Shown in pieces: positions 10,794-20,530 of a DNA stretch of 64,000 nt. The DNA comes from Candidatus Blautia stercoripullorum (GTDB lineage: Bacteria > Bacillota > Clostridia > Lachnospirales > Lachnospiraceae). Position numbers and translations under genes: made by a program. The notes beneath the pieces were generated by a model. The model was not told the DNA's origin. It saw nothing but the letters and a program-made list of their open reading frames with translations, and searched no databases. Positions within the stretch are counted from its first letter, which is position 1, and every line of letters begins with the position of its first letter. The stretch spans positions 16,767 through 80,766 of the forward strand of contig DWUX01000197.1 of NCBI GenBank assembly GCA_019120545.1, written 5' to 3'.

Positions 10794-11381
10794 ATGACAA
10801 TAGAAGATATTTTAAAAGAATTTCATGGAGAAGAAGGGGAAGGGGCCAAAAATCCCAGGTGGCAGGCTTTGTTTCAGGAACTGTGTCAGGAGGCCATCCG
10901 GCTGGGGATGGAACTGAATACCCGGTATCATACACCTGAGGAAATCCGGAAGATTATGGAAAAACTGACAGGAAAGAAGATAGATGAAACCTTTCGCCTG
11001 TTTCCGCCCTTTTATACAGATTTTGGAAAAAATATAACCATTGGAAAAGATGTGTTTATTAATTCCTGCTGCCATTTTCAGGATCAGGGCGGCATTACCA
11101 TAGAAGAGGGAGTTCTCATCGGCCATAACGTGGTCCTTGCCACTATTAACCATGCCCTGGAACCGGAGAAAAACCGGATAAACTGTTATGCGCCGATCCA
11201 TATCGGAAAACATGTGTGGATCGGCTCCAATGCAGTTATCCTGCCAGGTGTCACGATAGGGGACTGGGCAGTTGTGGCGGCCGGGGCAGTGGTGACCAAA
11301 GACGTTCCTGCCAGGACAGTCGTAGGGGGAAGCCCTGCCAGGATCATAAAAACCATTTCAGACAGAGGGGAGGAAATCTGA
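10794..11381 (+). CDS. Sugar O-acetyltransferase (hexapeptide repeat, maltose acetyltransferase-like)
   Basis: [14 protein letters not shown] and hexapeptide repeats [32 protein letters not shown]. Confidence 0.9.
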   Translation: MTIEDILKEFHGEEGEGAKNPRWQALFQELCQEAIRLGMELNTRYHTPEEIRKIMEKLTGKKIDETFRLFPPFYTDFGKNITIGKDVFINSCCHFQDQGGITIEEGVLIGHNVVLATINHALEPEKNRINCYAPIHIGKHVWIGSNAVILPGVTIGDWAVVAAGAVVTKDVPARTVVGGSPARIIKTISDRGEEI

Positions 11382-12370
11382 TGATAAAAATATTCGGACT
11401 GCTTCTGGTATTTGTATTTCTTTCCGCTCTTTCTGCCTGTAAAGGTTTTGGATCAGATATAGATGCATCCGGGAAAGAGGATATTTCTGCAGAAAAAGAA
11501 GAGACAGAGGGAAGCGTTTCCCCTGATAAAGGCGAAGACCCAGGAGAAAATCCGGGAGGATTTGATTTCCAGTCCAAAACAGTGATTCTAAACAGTGGTT
11601 ATGAAATGCCGATCATGGGACTGGGAACTTACAGTCTAACAGATGAAGAATGTTACAACTCGGTAACTGCCCTGCTGGAAGCAGGGGGACGGCTGATCGA
11701 CACCGCATATATGTACCATAATGAGGAAAGTGTAGGCCGGGCAGTGCGAGATTCTCAGGTCCCAAGAGAAGAAATCTTCGTGATCACAAAACTTTATCCC
11801 AGCCAGTTTGCAGATCCCGAAGCTGCCATTGAAGAAGCTCTGGGAAAATTGGATATTGAATACATTGATATGATGCTCCTTCATCATCCGGGAGAAGGGG
11901 ATGTGAAAGCTTACCACGCCATGGAACAGGCAGTAGAAGAAGGAAAGATCCGTTCTATAGGCCTGTCTAACTGGTATATTGAAGAATTAGAGGAATTCCT
12001 GCCTCAGGTAAATATCATGCCGGCACTGGTGCAAAATGAGATCCATCCCTATTATCAGGAAAATGATGTGATCCCTTACATCCAGGAACTGGGGATCACC
12101 GTTCAGGGCTGGTATCCCTTTGGGGGAAGGGGACATACGGGAGAGCTGCTGAGAGATGAAACCATCTCTGCCATTGCCCGGAACCATAAAGTTACCTCAG
12201 CTCAGGTTATTCTGAGATGGAATCTGCAAAAGGGAGTAGTGGTAATCCCAGGTTCCAGTAATCCGGAACATATCCGGGAAAATCTGGATCTCTTTGATTT
12301 TCAACTTACAGATGAAGAAATGGAACAGATCAATGCCCTGGACAGAAATGAAAAACATGACTGGTATTAG
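11381..12370 (+). CDS. Aldo/keto reductase with an N-terminal lipoprotein signal peptide
   Basis: ATG 11381 overlaps the upstream stop. [20 protein letters not shown] lipobox, then an acidic linker, then AKR motifs GLGTY, IDTAYMY, TKL, LLHHP, SIGLSN and QNEIHPY. Confidence 0.88.
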   Translation: MIKIFGLLLVFVFLSALSACKGFGSDIDASGKEDISAEKEETEGSVSPDKGEDPGENPGGFDFQSKTVILNSGYEMPIMGLGTYSLTDEECYNSVTALLEAGGRLIDTAYMYHNEESVGRAVRDSQVPREEIFVITKLYPSQFADPEAAIEEALGKLDIEYIDMMLLHHPGEGDVKAYHAMEQAVEEGKIRSIGLSNWYIEELEEFLPQVNIMPALVQNEIHPYYQENDVIPYIQELGITVQGWYPFGGRGHTGELLRDETISAIARNHKVTSAQVILRWNLQKGVVVIPGSSNPEHIRENLDLFDFQLTDEEMEQINALDRNEKHDWY

Positions 12371-12386
12371 AGGGGAGGAGAGAAAA

Positions 12387-12965
12387 GTGAAAGTTTTAGC
12401 AATTAACAGCAGTGCCAGAAAAGATGGAAATACAGCAATCCTTATAGAAAAGATATTTGAAATACTAAGCAAAGAAGGAATTGAAACGGAAATGCTGCAG
12501 CTTGGGGGTCAGGTGATCGAACCCTGCAGAGCCTGCTGGGCATGTGAGGGAAAGAAAAATTGTGTTCACAGAAAAGACAGTTTTTATGAGATTTTTGAGA
12601 AGATGAAAGAGGCTGATGGGATCATCCTTGGTTCCCCTGTTTATACGGCGAATATCTCTGCAAATATGCAGGCCTTGTTGGAGAGAGCTTCAGTAGTGAC
12701 AGATATGAACCGTGAGAAGAGTCTGCTCCGGTATAAGGCGGGAGCTGCCGTTACAGCGGCACGACGGGGCGGTGCTCTGAATGTACTGGACGCAATGAAC
12801 CATTTTTTTCTGCTCCAGGAGATGTTTATCGTGGGATCTTCTTATTGGTCTATGGCCTACGGCCAGATGCCGGGAGATGTACGGCAGGATATAGAGGGAC
12901 TGCATACCGTGGAAGTACTTGGAAAAAATATGGCGTATTTATTGAAAGCATTAAACGTCAGATAA
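12387..12965 (+). CDS. Flavodoxin-like NADPH-dependent FMN reductase / iron-sulfur flavoprotein
   Basis: GTG 12387 after GGAGG. SARKDGNT, CRACWACEGKKNC Cys cluster, GSPVY and ARRGGA. Confidence 0.85.
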   Translation: MKVLAINSSARKDGNTAILIEKIFEILSKEGIETEMLQLGGQVIEPCRACWACEGKKNCVHRKDSFYEIFEKMKEADGIILGSPVYTANISANMQALLERASVVTDMNREKSLLRYKAGAAVTAARRGGALNVLDAMNHFFLLQEMFIVGSSYWSMAYGQMPGDVRQDIEGLHTVEVLGKNMAYLLKALNVR

Positions 12966-13053
12966 GTTATACCTATAAGTTTTTTTGTGACAACTGTTTC
13001 TGATTGTGATAGAATATTAAAAATGCATTTTTATATTTCGAGAGGACAGCTGC

Positions 13054-13473
13054 ATGAAAAAAGAACTTCCCTATTTTAAAATAGAAGAGGCCCGCGGAGG
13101 AAACCAGGAATGGTTCCCGGACCAGATGATGCGCTTAGGAGGATGTGCAGCTGTCACAGCATGTGACAGCTGCATTTTCTTTGACCTTTATAAAGGAACC
13201 CATCTGTATCCTTTTGACAGGAAGAATATAACAAAAGCCGATTATATCCGGTTCGGAATGGAGATGAAGCCTTATCTCCGCCCCAGATGGTCAGGAATTG
13301 ACACCCTGGATATTTATATGGAAGGATTTGGAAAATATGAGAAGAGACAAGAAAAGTTTATGGTCAAGATTATCACATACGGAAAATATTTTTGGGTGGA
13401 TTTTCAGGAACTGTGGAACACCGGACATAAAAGAAAAGGCGGTCTGATCCTTTATCATGGTAAAGAGGGGTGA
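13054..13473 (+). CDS. Hypothetical protein (GGCAA motif, papain/C39-like?), possibly internally deleted
   Basis: 139 aa ORF with RBS, containing LGGCAAVTAC. It seems to lack a central segment relative to the roughly 200-aa homologs I recall. Confidence 0.5.
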   Translation: MKKELPYFKIEEARGGNQEWFPDQMMRLGGCAAVTACDSCIFFDLYKGTHLYPFDRKNITKADYIRFGMEMKPYLRPRWSGIDTLDIYMEGFGKYEKRQEKFMVKIITYGKYFWVDFQELWNTGHKRKGGLILYHGKEG

Positions 13474-14365
13474 TTTTTTGCTGTTCAGACAGATGAAATA
13501 TTTTATCGCAGTAGTGGATCGGGGAAGTTTCACAGAAGCGGCAGAGCAATGCTATATCTCCCAGTCAGCAGTTTCCCAGCAGATACGGGCTTTGGAAAAA
13601 GAGCTGGGAGTAGAACTGCTCCACAGAGAGAACCGGAGGTTTACTCTTACTCCGGCAGGAGAATATTTTTATAGCCAGAGCAAAGGAATCTTGAAAGAAG
13701 TAGAAGATATCCGGAGAGAAACCATCCGTATAGGCCAGGATGAAGAGTCGGAGCTTCGGATCGGATATCTCCGGTGCTACAGCGGCCAGGAACTTCATCA
13801 GGCGGTGGCAGAATTTTCTCAGGTTTACCCGGAGGTTTCTATTAGCATTGTAAACGGTACCCATGAAGAACTTTACGATCTCCTCCGTTTCGGAGGAACA
13901 GATCTGGTCCTTACAGACCAGCGGAGAGCTTTTTCCGACAAGTATACGAACTATCAGCTGCTGAAATGCGGATGCTACGCAGAAGTTTCTGTCCGCAGCC
14001 GGCTGGCCCGGCAGGAATTTGTCACTATGGAAGATCTGAAACATCAAGCCTGTATTCTGATCTCTTCCAGAGAACAGCAGAATACAGAGGAAGATTATTT
14101 TAGGAACACTCTGGGATTTGGCGGCAGGTTTTTATTTGCGGAAAACCTGGAAGAAGGCCGTCTGATGGTGGCGGGAAACCGGGGATTTCTTCCTATAGAA
14201 AGCGTGGGAACCCTTCCACCTCCGGCCGCGGCAGTGAAACGTCTGCCGATCATGGAGAATGGAAAGCAGCTTCAGAGAAACTACTGTCTCTTCTGGGTGA
14301 AGGAGCACACCAACTATTATATTGAAGAGTTCGCGGAAACTTTGCGGAAACTTTTGAAAGGTTGA
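13457..14365 (+). CDS. LysR family transcriptional regulator
   Basis: RQMKYFIAVVDRGSFTEAAEQCYISQSAVSQQIRALE HTH. Confidence 0.95.
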   Translation: MVKRGDFLLFRQMKYFIAVVDRGSFTEAAEQCYISQSAVSQQIRALEKELGVELLHRENRRFTLTPAGEYFYSQSKGILKEVEDIRRETIRIGQDEESELRIGYLRCYSGQELHQAVAEFSQVYPEVSISIVNGTHEELYDLLRFGGTDLVLTDQRRAFSDKYTNYQLLKCGCYAEVSVRSRLARQEFVTMEDLKHQACILISSREQQNTEEDYFRNTLGFGGRFLFAENLEEGRLMVAGNRGFLPIESVGTLPPPAAAVKRLPIMENGKQLQRNYCLFWVKEHTNYYIEEFAETLRKLLKG

Positions 14366-14508
14366 AGTTTTGCGGAGATAACCATGCTTTTTTGGCAGGC
14401 TTGCTTTTCCGGGGCCGGATACGTGGTGGAATCTAATTATGAAAGCAGATTGGGAAGGCAGAAAGGCAAGCAACGAGCTGTGCGACATGCAGATATATAA
14501 GAAACCAG

Positions 14509-14565
14509 AAAATCCCTTAGTCGGGCTGTCAGAAAACAGATAGTCAAACTAAGGGATTTTTTCTT
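14509..14565. terminator. Bidirectional terminator between the convergent lysR and cstA genes
   Basis: AAAATCCCTTAGT...ACTAAGGGATTTT inverted repeat flanked by A/T runs. Confidence 0.7.
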
Positions 14566-14626
14566 ATTTACCCGCAGCTAAAAGATATTAGCCCGCGGTA
14601 TTTTACCTGATATTTTTTAAATCAGA

Positions 14627-16315
14627 TCAGGCAACTGCCTTCTTCTTCAGCAGTTCCTTTCCGGAAGTCACTACAATAGTCACGCCCAGGATCATCAGCA
14701 GCACAGCTACGATAAGCTGGAGGCCTTCTACCATGAATGTGCCGGTTCCTGCTGTAAAGGCGTTGACCAGAGCGATGAATCTCTGTACTAGAGCAGTAAA
14801 GGTAACTACCAGCATGATCACGAAAGGAGGAACCAGGGTTCTCATTTCTCTGCCTGTAACTTTCAGGAATACACAAAGAGTGATCAGTACCAGGGCGCTG
14901 AGAAGCTGGTTGGCGCTTCCGAAGAGCGGCCAGATATTGGAGTAGCCTACCTGTGTCAGGATATAGCCGAATACCAGTGTGATCAGAGTGGCAAAATATT
15001 TGTTGCACAGGACTTTTCTCCAGCCTTCTGCATGTTCCATGTCATCTACGCTGAACAGTTCCTGGAAGGACATACGGCCGATACGTGCCACGGAATCCAG
15101 GGTAGTGAAAGCCAGGGCAGATACGCACATGGTCATAAAGCTCTGGGCTACAAATACAGGGATATGGAACATTTCCAGAAAACCTGCAACTCCTGAGGAG
15201 AAGATTTGGAAAGGAGTTCCCACTGCGGCAGTTCCGTCTGCACTGGCGGCGGCCCCTGCCACACACAGAGCGATAACGGCCAGAAGACTTTCCAGTACCA
15301 TAGCGCCATAGCCTACCTTCAGCATATCTTTTTCATTAGAAATCGTCTTGGAAGAGGTGCCGGAGGATACCAGACTGTGGAATCCGGATACGGCGCCGCA
15401 GGCAACAGTTACGAACAGGATAGGGAAAAGAGTTCCCAGGTTTTCATTCCGGAATCCTGTAAAAGCAGGAAGGTTCATGGAAGGATGAGCAAAGACCAAT
15501 CCAAGGACTGCTCCTGCGATCATGCCGATGAACATAAAGGTAGACATATAATCTCTTGGCTGCATAAGGAACCACATAGGAAGCACAGCTGCCAGGAAAA
15601 TATAGATAAATGCGATGTAGATCCACATTTCTTTGCCAAGGATCACAGGAAGGTTCATTCCGCATACAAAAGCCAGTATGGTAAAGACCAGTCCTAAAAC
15701 CACTTCTTTCCAGCCGGTAAATTTCATCTTTTTCTGGACCAGTCCGAAAACTGCGGCAAAAAGAATGAAAAACAGGGAGATACTTCCGGCGGCGCCGTTT
15801 ACAGTGGCATTTTCAGAGAGGGTTTTCACACCGTCTGTCACCACGTAGGCATTGAAAGTATCGGCTACCATATCTGCAAAGGCTGCCATAACGATCAGAG
15901 TAAACAGCCAGCAGAATCCCAGGAACAGTTTACGTCCGGTCTTGCCTATGTATTTCTCGATAAGAAGTCCCATGGATTTTCCATCATTCTTTACGCTGGC
16001 GTAAAGGGCTCCGAAGTCAGTGACTGCGCCAAAGAAGATACCGCCCAGGATGATCCACAGAAGCACCGGCAGCCAGCCGAAGGCTGCGGCCTGGATGGCT
16101 CCTGTAACAGGGCCTGCGCCGGCGATGGAAGAAAACTGGTGGGCAAATACGGTCCAGCCGTCGGTAGGCACATAATCCTGTCCGTCGTTATGAAGGACAG
16201 CCGGAGTCTTTGCCTTGGGATCGATGCCCCATTTTTTCGCCAGCCAGCGTCCGTATAAGGCATAGGCTGCGATGAGACATACAGCAGCGATCAGTACGAT
16301 TACAAGTGTGTTCAT
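14627..16315 (-). CDS. cstA: Carbon starvation CstA family transporter (562-aa clostridial form)
   Basis: TPA...DGQDYVPT, HQFSSIAGAGPVTG, FVTVACGAVSGFHSL, GYGAMVLES and WPLFGSANQLL motifs; polytopic. Confidence 0.93.
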   Translation of the reverse strand: MNTLVIVLIAAVCLIAAYALYGRWLAKKWGIDPKAKTPAVLHNDGQDYVPTDGWTVFAHQFSSIAGAGPVTGAIQAAAFGWLPVLLWIILGGIFFGAVTDFGALYASVKNDGKSMGLLIEKYIGKTGRKLFLGFCWLFTLIVMAAFADMVADTFNAYVVTDGVKTLSENATVNGAAGSISLFFILFAAVFGLVQKKMKFTGWKEVVLGLVFTILAFVCGMNLPVILGKEMWIYIAFIYIFLAAVLPMWFLMQPRDYMSTFMFIGMIAGAVLGLVFAHPSMNLPAFTGFRNENLGTLFPILFVTVACGAVSGFHSLVSSGTSSKTISNEKDMLKVGYGAMVLESLLAVIALCVAGAAASADGTAAVGTPFQIFSSGVAGFLEMFHIPVFVAQSFMTMCVSALAFTTLDSVARIGRMSFQELFSVDDMEHAEGWRKVLCNKYFATLITLVFGYILTQVGYSNIWPLFGSANQLLSALVLITLCVFLKVTGREMRTLVPPFVIMLVVTFTALVQRFIALVNAFTAGTGTFMVEGLQLIVAVLLMILGVTIVVTSGKELLKKKAVA

Positions 16316-16353
16316 AATTAGACATCTCCTTTATTATTTTTCAGATCAAAGCC

Positions 16354-16640
16354 AAAAAAAATCGCCTTCCGACAGATTACTCTGTCAGAAGACGAATAAA
16401 ATTATCTCCGCGTTACCACTTCTGTTACCGGGAAATCCCGGTCTCTTGGCCCCGTCGTTCAGTTTATACTGAATTAACAGGTTTCCTTATATCGGAGGAA
16501 TTCCGGTCCGGGTTACTGTTTCTCATGTTCACCCTGACTGCTCACAGGTGATAGCCGCCCTGACTATGCTGTCTCCTCACACCATCCGGAGACTCTCTGA
16601 AAACATAACTGTCTGGGAAGTCCTGTCCTGTTCTTCGCAT
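16354..16640 (-). promoter_or_regulatory. T-box riboswitch, probable Ile (AUC) specifier, with terminator
   Basis: On the minus strand: stem I with GA motif, AGAGAG bulge and TGGTGTGA distal loop. Specifier ATC-A-CCTGT at 16550-16552. Stem II with GAA/AGTA. Stem III ACCGGGATTTCCCGGT. T-box GAAGTGGTAACGCG at 16409-16422. Terminator hairpin 16363-16394 followed by a U-run. Confidence 0.9.
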
Positions 16641-16662
16641 TGGCTTTTCTCAATTCGGTTTC

Positions 16663-16690
16663 ATTATAGCTCAAAAAATCAGAATGTCAA
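16663..16690 (-). promoter_or_regulatory. SigmaA promoter for the T-box/cstA transcript
   Basis: TTGACA-N16-TATAAT on the minus strand, just upstream of stem I. Confidence 0.85.
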
Positions 16691-16722
16691 CAGGAAAATT
16701 TTATCAAAATTTTATAATTTTA

Positions 16723-17952
16723 TTAGATTTTGTCTGTTTTTATGAAAAACAGAAAGCCGATGAGGAACATCAGGGAGAGTGCGCCTACCCCCAGATTTAC
16801 GCTTCCGGAGATCTGGCTTACCAGGGATACCAGCATGGTTCCCATAAAAGAAGCTCCTTTTCCGCAGATATCGTAAATGCCGAAATATTCTCCGGATCTG
16901 TCTTCCGGGATGATCTGGGCAAAGTAGGAACGGGACAGGGACTGGATAGCGCCCTGGAAGATTCCCACACATACCGCCAGGATCCAGAACTGATACTGTT
17001 TGGAGAGAATGATCCCGTAAAGAGAAATGCAGAAATAGGCTCCGATGCAGATCAGGATCAGCCTGGAGGCAGGAGCTTTTCTGGACAGTCTTCCGAAGGT
17101 CAGCGCTGCGGGAAATGCTACGATCTGGGTCAGCAGCAGCGCCAGAAGCAGTCCCGTGGTGTCCAGACCAAGAGCAGTTCCATAGGCGGTAGCCATATCG
17201 ATAATGGTGTAAACCCCGTCGATAAAGAAGAAAAAGGCGATCAGGAAAAAGAGGATCTTCTTTTTCTCTTTTAATTCAGAAAAAATCCTTGCCAGACGTT
17301 TCAGCCCTGAGGAGACTGGGCTTTTTGTCACAGGGGTAAAATTTTTCTGCTGATAAGCGGCGATCAGAGGAAAAGCCATTCCCACCCACCAGATGGCAGT
17401 GAGGAGAAATGCCCCTCCCATGGCCAGTTCCATGGAAATCCCGATTTTATCATAAAATAACACCAGAAGCAGGCTGATGATAAAGGGGATACAGCTTCCG
17501 ATATAACCCCAGGCATAACCGTGGGAGGATACCTCGTCCATCCGGTCTTTGTCTGTAACATCCGTAAGCATGGAATCGTAGACCACCAGACTCAGGGAAT
17601 AGGCGGATTTGGCAATGACAAATACCAGCAGGAACCAGAGCCAGGATGAGGTAAATCCCAGGAAGACACAGCCCAGTGCCCCGATAAGCATAACGGTCAG
17701 AAAAATCTTCCGTTTCCAGCCGGGAAAATCGGAAAAGGTTCCCAGAACAGGCCCCAGAATGGCTACGATAACAGTAGATACAGATACCGCATAGCCCCAG
17801 TAAGCCAGGTAATCTACATCGGATACCCCGGCGTTTCCTGCCAGATAATTAAAATAGATCGGCATGATCGTGGATACCAAAAGAGTAAATGCAGAATTTC
17901 CCACATCATATAAGATCCACTTTTTTTCTAAATCATTTAGTTTGAACTTCAT
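16723..17952 (-). CDS. MFS transporter (UMF1/YxiO-like)
   Basis: WILYDVGNSAF, GTFSD...RK, YDSML...SSHGYAWGYIG and SLSRSYF; 12 TM. Confidence 0.85.
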   Translation of the reverse strand: MKFKLNDLEKKWILYDVGNSAFTLLVSTIMPIYFNYLAGNAGVSDVDYLAYWGYAVSVSTVIVAILGPVLGTFSDFPGWKRKIFLTVMLIGALGCVFLGFTSSWLWFLLVFVIAKSAYSLSLVVYDSMLTDVTDKDRMDEVSSHGYAWGYIGSCIPFIISLLLVLFYDKIGISMELAMGGAFLLTAIWWVGMAFPLIAAYQQKNFTPVTKSPVSSGLKRLARIFSELKEKKKILFFLIAFFFFIDGVYTIIDMATAYGTALGLDTTGLLLALLLTQIVAFPAALTFGRLSRKAPASRLILICIGAYFCISLYGIILSKQYQFWILAVCVGIFQGAIQSLSRSYFAQIIPEDRSGEYFGIYDICGKGASFMGTMLVSLVSQISGSVNLGVGALSLMFLIGFLFFIKTDKI

Positions 17953-18230
17953 AATTTGATTTCCTCCTTCATAGTAATGGTACTATAGATGGCCGGGGAT
18001 TTCCATATAAAATATCTCAAATCGGCGTAAAAAAACAAACCTGTTATGTAAAGTATATCAAATAAAACGAAAACAATAATTTTTTTGCTTTATTTACAGA
18101 AAATACTACCCATGTTTCATTGTGGGAAGTATAATATAAAACAAATGGCACATAGTATTTTGCAACTATCCGGTCAAGAAATTTTGAAATGGCGGCTGGA
18201 TTGTTGCGCTGTCTGGAAAGGGGGATTTTT

Positions 18231-20330
18231 ATGGACAACCAGTTAGCGTTACTTACTTTATTCGGTTCTATCCTGGCTTTGGCTTTTGCGGCCAGCCGGG
18301 CGGCGAGAGTGCTGAAATTTTCTCAGGGAAATGAGAAAATGAAGAAGATTTCTTCTTCTATCCACCACGGGGCGATGGCCTATCTCAGAAGACAGTACCG
18401 GATACTGATCTGCTTTTTTGCGGGAATGTTCATTATACTTTTTGCTATGGCGGCTTTTGGATATCTTACCTGGTTTGTACCTTTCGCTTTTATTACAGGG
18501 GGATTTTTCTCCGGCCTTTCCGGTTTTGTAGGAATGCAGATCGCTACCAGAGCCAATGGACGGACGGCGGCTGCCTGTCAGCAGGGACTGAATAAAGGAT
18601 TGAATGTGGCCTTCTCCGCCGGGTCTGTTATGGGATTTACAGTGGTAGGACTGGGGCTTTTGGACATTTCTATCTGGTATCTGCTGCTCCGGCTGGTATT
18701 CAAACTTCCTATCGAGGATATTACCAGCACCATGCTCACCTTCGGAATGGGAGCTTCCAGCATGGCTCTTTTTGCCCGTGTAGGCGGCGGGATCTATACC
18801 AAGGCTGCCGATGTGGGAGCAGACCTGGTAGGAAAAATAGAAGCAGGGATCCCTGAAGATGATCCCAGAAATCCGGCGGTTATCGCGGACAATGTAGGGG
18901 ATAATGTAGGAGATGTGGCAGGAATGGGAGCGGATCTGTATGAGTCCTATGTGGGTTCCATCCTTTCTGCCTGCGCTCTGGGAGTGATCGCATTTAATAA
19001 GATCGAATCTGTGGACCGGGTCAATGCAGTAGTGATTCCTATGGTCCTGGCGGCGGTAGGAGTTCTGGCCTCCATTATCGGAAGTCTTCTGGTAAAGACA
19101 GGAGAGAGTACTAAACAGAATGTGCTTCTGGGAGCTCTGCGCAGAGGAACCAACACCAGCGCTATACTGATCGCCATAGTGGCATTTCCCTTGGTGTGGC
19201 TGGTCTTGGGAAAAGAGTTTATCGGATTCTACCTGGCAATCCTGGCAGGACTGCTGGCGGGCGTCCTGATCGGATTCTTTACCGAGTACTTTACCTCGGA
19301 TACTTACAAGCCTACCCAGGATCTGGCGGACAAATCTGTCACAGGTTCGGCTACCATTATCATCGGAGGCCTGAGTCTGGGAATGCTTTCTACGGCTTTG
19401 CCTATTCTGATCGTTGTAGTCTGTGTTATGGCTGCTTATGTATGCTCCGGAGGATTTATCGAGGCTACCAGAGGACTGTATGGCATTGCTCTTTCTGCAG
19501 TAGGTATGCTGTCTACTCTGGGGATTACCCTTGCCACAGACGCCTATGGTCCCATTGCAGATAATGCGGGAGGTATAGCAGAGATGGCAGGACTGGATCC
19601 GGAGGTCCGGGTAAGGACAGATGCGCTGGATTCTCTGGGAAATACTACAGCGGCTACCGGAAAAGGTTTTGCTATCGGTTCTGCAGCTCTGACGGCGCTG
19701 GCTCTGATTGCTTCCTATGTTGAAAAAGTACAGGAAGTAGGAGGGGCTTCTGTGAAGCTGGATATGAGTATTATGAACCCTACCGTATTATGCGGTATTT
19801 TTATCGGGGCCTGCCTGCCATTTGTCTTTGCGGCTCTTACTATGTCCTCTGTAGGCCGGGCGGCCCAGAGTATTGTAATGGAGGTAAGAAGGCAGTTTAA
19901 GGAGATCAGAGGCCTGATGGAAGGAAAAGCGGATGCTGACTATGAAACCTGCGTGGATATCTGTACCAAAGCCAGTCTCCGGGAAATGATCCTTCCTACT
20001 TTGCTGGCGATCGTTACCCCGGTGGTCACCGGCCTGATCCTGGGCTATAACGGGGTCATCGGCCTTTTGGCCGGATCTACTGCCACAGGATTTCTCATGG
20101 CGGTTTTTATGGCCAACGCCGGAGGCGCCTGGGACAATGCAAAAAAATACATTGAAGGCGGCGCCCATGGGGGAAAAGGAAGCGAGGCCCATAAAGCGGC
20201 TGTAGTGGGAGACACGGTGGGAGATCCTTTTAAGGATACTTCAGGACCTTCTATCAATATCCTGATCAAGCTTCTTTCTATGGTGTCTATAGTCTTTGCG
20301 GCGCTGGTGGTACAGTTCCATATTTTCTGA
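18231..20330 (+). CDS. hppA: Membrane-integral K+-dependent pyrophosphatase, probably Na+-translocating
   Basis: [39 protein letters not shown] and [20 protein letters not shown] indicates the K+-dependent type, and DLYESY suggests a Na+-PPase. Confidence 0.93.
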   Translation: MDNQLALLTLFGSILALAFAASRAARVLKFSQGNEKMKKISSSIHHGAMAYLRRQYRILICFFAGMFIILFAMAAFGYLTWFVPFAFITGGFFSGLSGFVGMQIATRANGRTAAACQQGLNKGLNVAFSAGSVMGFTVVGLGLLDISIWYLLLRLVFKLPIEDITSTMLTFGMGASSMALFARVGGGIYTKAADVGADLVGKIEAGIPEDDPRNPAVIADNVGDNVGDVAGMGADLYESYVGSILSACALGVIAFNKIESVDRVNAVVIPMVLAAVGVLASIIGSLLVKTGESTKQNVLLGALRRGTNTSAILIAIVAFPLVWLVLGKEFIGFYLAILAGLLAGVLIGFFTEYFTSDTYKPTQDLADKSVTGSATIIIGGLSLGMLSTALPILIVVVCVMAAYVCSGGFIEATRGLYGIALSAVGMLSTLGITLATDAYGPIADNAGGIAEMAGLDPEVRVRTDALDSLGNTTAATGKGFAIGSAALTALALIASYVEKVQEVGGASVKLDMSIMNPTVLCGIFIGACLPFVFAALTMSSVGRAAQSIVMEVRRQFKEIRGLMEGKADADYETCVDICTKASLREMILPTLLAIVTPVVTGLILGYNGVIGLLAGSTATGFLMAVFMANAGGAWDNAKKYIEGGAHGGKGSEAHKAAVVGDTVGDPFKDTSGPSINILIKLLSMVSIVFAALVVQFHIF

Positions 20331-20401
20331 CAGTGACAGAGGAAGGACTGGAAGACTTATCCTTAAGAAAAAAGGCTGGGTTTTCAAAAGAAAGCTCAGC
20401 C

Positions 20402-20429
20402 TTGAAAAATGTCTGTGATATGGTATAAT
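20402..20429 (+). promoter_or_regulatory. SigmaA promoter with extended -10
   Basis: TTGAAA-N16-TATAAT with TG at 20421-20422. Confidence 0.7.
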
Positions 20430-20530
20430 ATGGACAAAAATTGACCAGATTTCAGTTCCCTTCAGAGAAGATGGATCCCGAAGGGAGACAGAAGGTCAGA
20501 TAAAAGAAGAAAATTAAGGAGAAAAATATC

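Noticed and set aside
11216-11380. Extended N-terminus of the AKR ORF (similarly 12294, 18189, 23401, 52235 and 55921 starts)
   Set aside because: These overlap upstream genes or leaders. Downstream starts have proper RBSs and give family-typical N-termini.
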